Assembly: GCA_963818475.1 (NCBI GenBank)
Contig: CAWFSF010000001.1
Location: 224,001-288,000 of the forward strand
Reading direction: 5' to 3'
From: Nitrospirota bacterium
Lineage (GTDB): Bacteria; Nitrospirota; UBA9217
Length of the DNA: 64,000 nt
In this document: piece by piece, positions 61,591 through 64,000 of the stretch
Position numbering within the stretch: the stretch's first letter is position 1
Layout of the letters: every line of letters starts with the position of its first letter
Notes under the pieces: generated by a model
What the model saw: only the letters and a program-made list of their open reading frames with translations
Database searches by the model: none
What the model was told of the DNA's origin: nothing
Made by a program: the position numbers and the translations under genes

Positions 61591-64000
61591 CTACCGTGCG
61601 TCAAGGACGTCCCGTATCTTCTGCGACAGGTCCCTGAGCGAAGCCGGCTTGGTGATGAACTGCATGCCTTCCTCAAGCACGCCCCTGCTGTTGATCACGT
61701 CGGCGGTATACCCGCTCATAAAAAGGGCCTTCACGCCGGGCCGCATTCTCCTGACCTCGTCATAGACCTGTTTTCCATTTTTTTTCGGCATGATCACATC
61801 GAGGATCAGCAGGTCTATCCGGTCCTTATGGTCCGTGAACAGCTCGACCGCTTCCTTCCCGTCCGCGGCCATGATGACCGTGTACCCCAGGTGCTCCAGC
61901 ATTGTCCTGGTGATCCGCCTCACGCCTTCATCGTCGTCCGTGACCAGGACCGTTTCCGTGCCGCCTCTGAGCAGGGCGGGCCGGGCGGGCGCTGCCTGCT
62001 CTGTCCTGGCGGTATCGAGCGGGAAATAGAGCGTGAAGGTCGTGCCTTTGCCCGGCTCGCTCTCGCAATCAATATAGCCGTTGTGCTGTTTGACGATGCC
62101 GTATACGATCGAAAGCCCCAGCCCGGTGCCCTTCCCCGTCTCCTTGGTGGTGAAGAAGGGCTCGAAGACCCTCCGCTTCGTCCGTGCGTCCATGCCGGAG
62201 CCGGAATCTTTGACCGTAACGAGCACATAGGTCCCGGCCTTGCCATACCCGTTCTGCGCGATGTACTGGTCGTCGATCTCGGCAACACTCGTCGTTATCA
62301 GCAGCGTCCCACCGTGCGGCATGGCGTCCCGGGCGTTCACCGCCAGGTTCATCAGGACCTGCTCCATCTGGCCCGCATCGGCCAGGATGGTCAGGTCCGC
62401 GTCGGAAAGCCTTGTTCTCAGCTCGATCTCTTCGCCGATCAGCCGATGCAGCATATTCAACACAACCCGGATGCTTTCATTGATATCGACCGGCCTGGCG
62501 CTCGTGATCTGCTTCCTGCTGAAGGCAAGCAGGTTCTGGGTCAGGTTCGCCGCCCGCCTCGATGCGGCAAGGATCTGGTCCAGAAAACCGCGTGTCTGCT
62601 CATTCTCCGCGATGGTCATACCGAGCAGGTCGGTATAGCCGATGATGCTCGTCAGGATATTATTGAAGTCGTGGGCGATCCCGCCGGTCAGGGTCCCGAC
62701 CGCCTCCAGTTTCTGCGCATGCCGCAGCTGTTCTTCCAGTTTTTTATGCTCCGTGATGTCGCGCCCCACCCCCAGCAGGGCCATGACCTCTCCGTCCGCG
62801 CTCTTCAGGGGCACGGCCCGGGTCTCTACCCAGCGGCGCGTCCCCTTCAGGCCGATGAACTCGAATTCCAGGTTCCCCGATCCTCCCTGGAAGACACTGT
62901 CGGTAAGGGCCTGCATGCTCGCCGCATACTCGGGGACCACCAGCGGGTAGATCGATTTCCCCGCCACCTGCTCAAGCGAGTCTGCCTCGATCATGCGAAG
63001 GCCAGCCGGGTTCATCTCGAGGAGCGTCCCGTCCGCCGCGAGCAGCGTTACGCAATCCTGCTCGGCATCGATAAGGGTCCTGAGCTTGCTCTCGCTCCGG
63101 GCCAGGTCCTCTTCGATGCGTTTGCGTTCGGGCACGTCCTGCAGGGTCTCGATAACGACGAGGAGCTCGCCCTCGCTGTTGTAGATCGGTGCGGCATCGA
63201 AAACGATATACCGGTTCTTTCCGTTGATGTTCAGGTACCAGCCTTCGGCGTGCACCCCGTTCTCAACGAGGGACGAGCGCGAGTTCTTGCTGTACAGCGT
63301 GGAAAGTTCGTCATAGGAGCCGTCGACGACGATATCGGCCAGCGTCGGGCGTTTCTCGTCATAAAAGGGCATCCAGTGGTCATCGGTGCCGATCACGTCG
63401 CGGGCGGGAAGGCCTGTCAGTTCTTCGCAGGCCTTGTTCCAGATAACGACCTTGTGGTGGGGGTCGATCACGAAGGTCGCCACAGCGGAGTTCTGCACCA
63501 GGTTCTCGGCAAAGGCCTTCTGGTTCTCGAGAAGCGCTTCCATATGCTTTCGCTGCGTGATATCCCGCACCACGTGGATCAGGCCGACCATCTGGTTGTC
63601 GTTGTTGAACCGGGGGATGGCCCTCGTCTCGACATACATGTTCAGGTGAGGTTCGAACGATTCCGCAGCGACCGGCCGGGCCAGGGCGATGCTCCGGCAG
63701 CTCGGACAGTCCGCGGGAGGGCAGTCCGTGCCGTGAAAAAGCTTGAAGCATTTTGCCTTCCCCTTGGCGTCTGCAGACAGGTCAAGCCGCTCCCGTGCCG
63801 CACGGTTCGCGCGAATGATCGTAAAGTCCTTGTCATGGATGGTGATCATGTCGGTGATCGTGTTGAAAGTGTCTTCCCAGTCATGGGCGGATTGCGCGTT
63901 CATTTCCTCGGCGCGCGCTTTTTCCCTGAGCGCGGCCTTCTTCAGCGGCCTGACAACGATGCGCCAGAAGACCGGGAGGATCACGAGGGCCAGGACAACG
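61591..64000 (-). CDS. Hybrid PAS sensor histidine kinase / response regulator, 5' end beyond window
   Basis: 3 PAS domains, AHDFNNIL, HATPase, C-terminal REC. Confidence 0.92.
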   Translation of the reverse strand, partial: VVLALVILPVFWRIVVRPLKKAALREKARAEEMNAQSAHDWEDTFNTITDMITIHDKDFTIIRANRAARERLDLSADAKGKAKCFKLFHGTDCPPADCPSCRSIALARPVAAESFEPHLNMYVETRAIPRFNNDNQMVGLIHVVRDITQRKHMEALLENQKAFAENLVQNSAVATFVIDPHHKVVIWNKACEELTGLPARDVIGTDDHWMPFYDEKRPTLADIVVDGSYDELSTLYSKNSRSSLVENGVHAEGWYLNINGKNRYIVFDAAPIYNSEGELLVVIETLQDVPERKRIEEDLARSESKLRTLIDAEQDCVTLLAADGTLLEMNPAGLRMIEADSLEQVAGKSIYPLVVPEYAASMQALTDSVFQGGSGNLEFEFIGLKGTRRWVETRAVPLKSADGEVMALLGVGRDITEHKKLEEQLRHAQKLEAVGTLTGGIAHDFNNILTSIIGYTDLLGMTIAENEQTRGFLDQILAASRRAANLTQNLLAFSRKQITSARPVDINESIRVVLNMLHRLIGEEIELRTRLSDADLTILADAGQMEQVLMNLAVNARDAMPHGGTLLITTSVAEIDDQYIAQNGYGKAGTYVLVTVKDSGSGMDARTKRRVFEPFFTTKETGKGTGLGLSIVYGIVKQHNGYIDCESEPGKGTTFTLYFPLDTARTEQAAPARPALLRGGTETVLVTDDDEGVRRITRTMLEHLGYTVIMAADGKEAVELFTDHKDRIDLLILDVIMPKKNGKQVYDEVRRMRPGVKALFMSGYTADVINSRGVLEEGMQFITKPASLRDLSQKIRDVLDAR

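Noticed and set aside
812-63836. Long plus-strand ORFs (e.g. 4022..5530, 30038..31867, 49102..50838)
   Set aside because: Antisense shadows of real minus-strand genes in GC-rich DNA, with no recognisable motifs.

Overview
GC-rich bacterial chromosomal window. Gene content suggests an anaerobic Nitrospirota- or Desulfobacterota-like organism (inference). Nearly all genes lie on the minus strand, and many housekeeping genes are split by single-base indels, most likely long-read assembly errors. The backbone comprises class I fumarase alpha/beta, mdh, a CNNM transporter, a PilB/GspE ATPase, proS-ispG-rseP-dxr-cdsA-uppS, a GH57 enzyme, an ABC-2 exporter, an NtrX-like regulator, a cysteine desulfurase, recN, an Omp85 protein, RNase II/R, a beta-carbonic anhydrase, a RuBisCO-like protein, pepN, ahbD, uppP, an octaheme cytochrome c lipoprotein and two-component systems. 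Five things stand out. (1) An integrase-less integron cassette array (36.8-46.0 kb) has five attC sites and defence-like cargo. It is anchored at an attI-like half-site backed by four tandem 18-bp palindromes with dif-like geometry. It contains a diverged ~865-bp duplicate of the neighbouring carbonic anhydrase locus ending exactly at an attC crossover, and a RAYT-like HUH transposase bounded by 29-bp inverted repeats. (2) A dispersed family of 9-nt-period inverted-repeat elements sits at about 12 gene junctions, and one copy brackets a GxxExxY nuclease-like gene, suggesting an autonomous/non-autonomous mobile system. (3) A hidden NifU/Nfu-type selenoprotein (CxxU plus SECIS-like hairpin) is missed by the ORF track. 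(4) There is a HigBA-SecB toxin-antitoxin-chaperone operon and a BrnTA module. (5) A candidate structured RNA lies directly upstream of the PilB/GspE gene.
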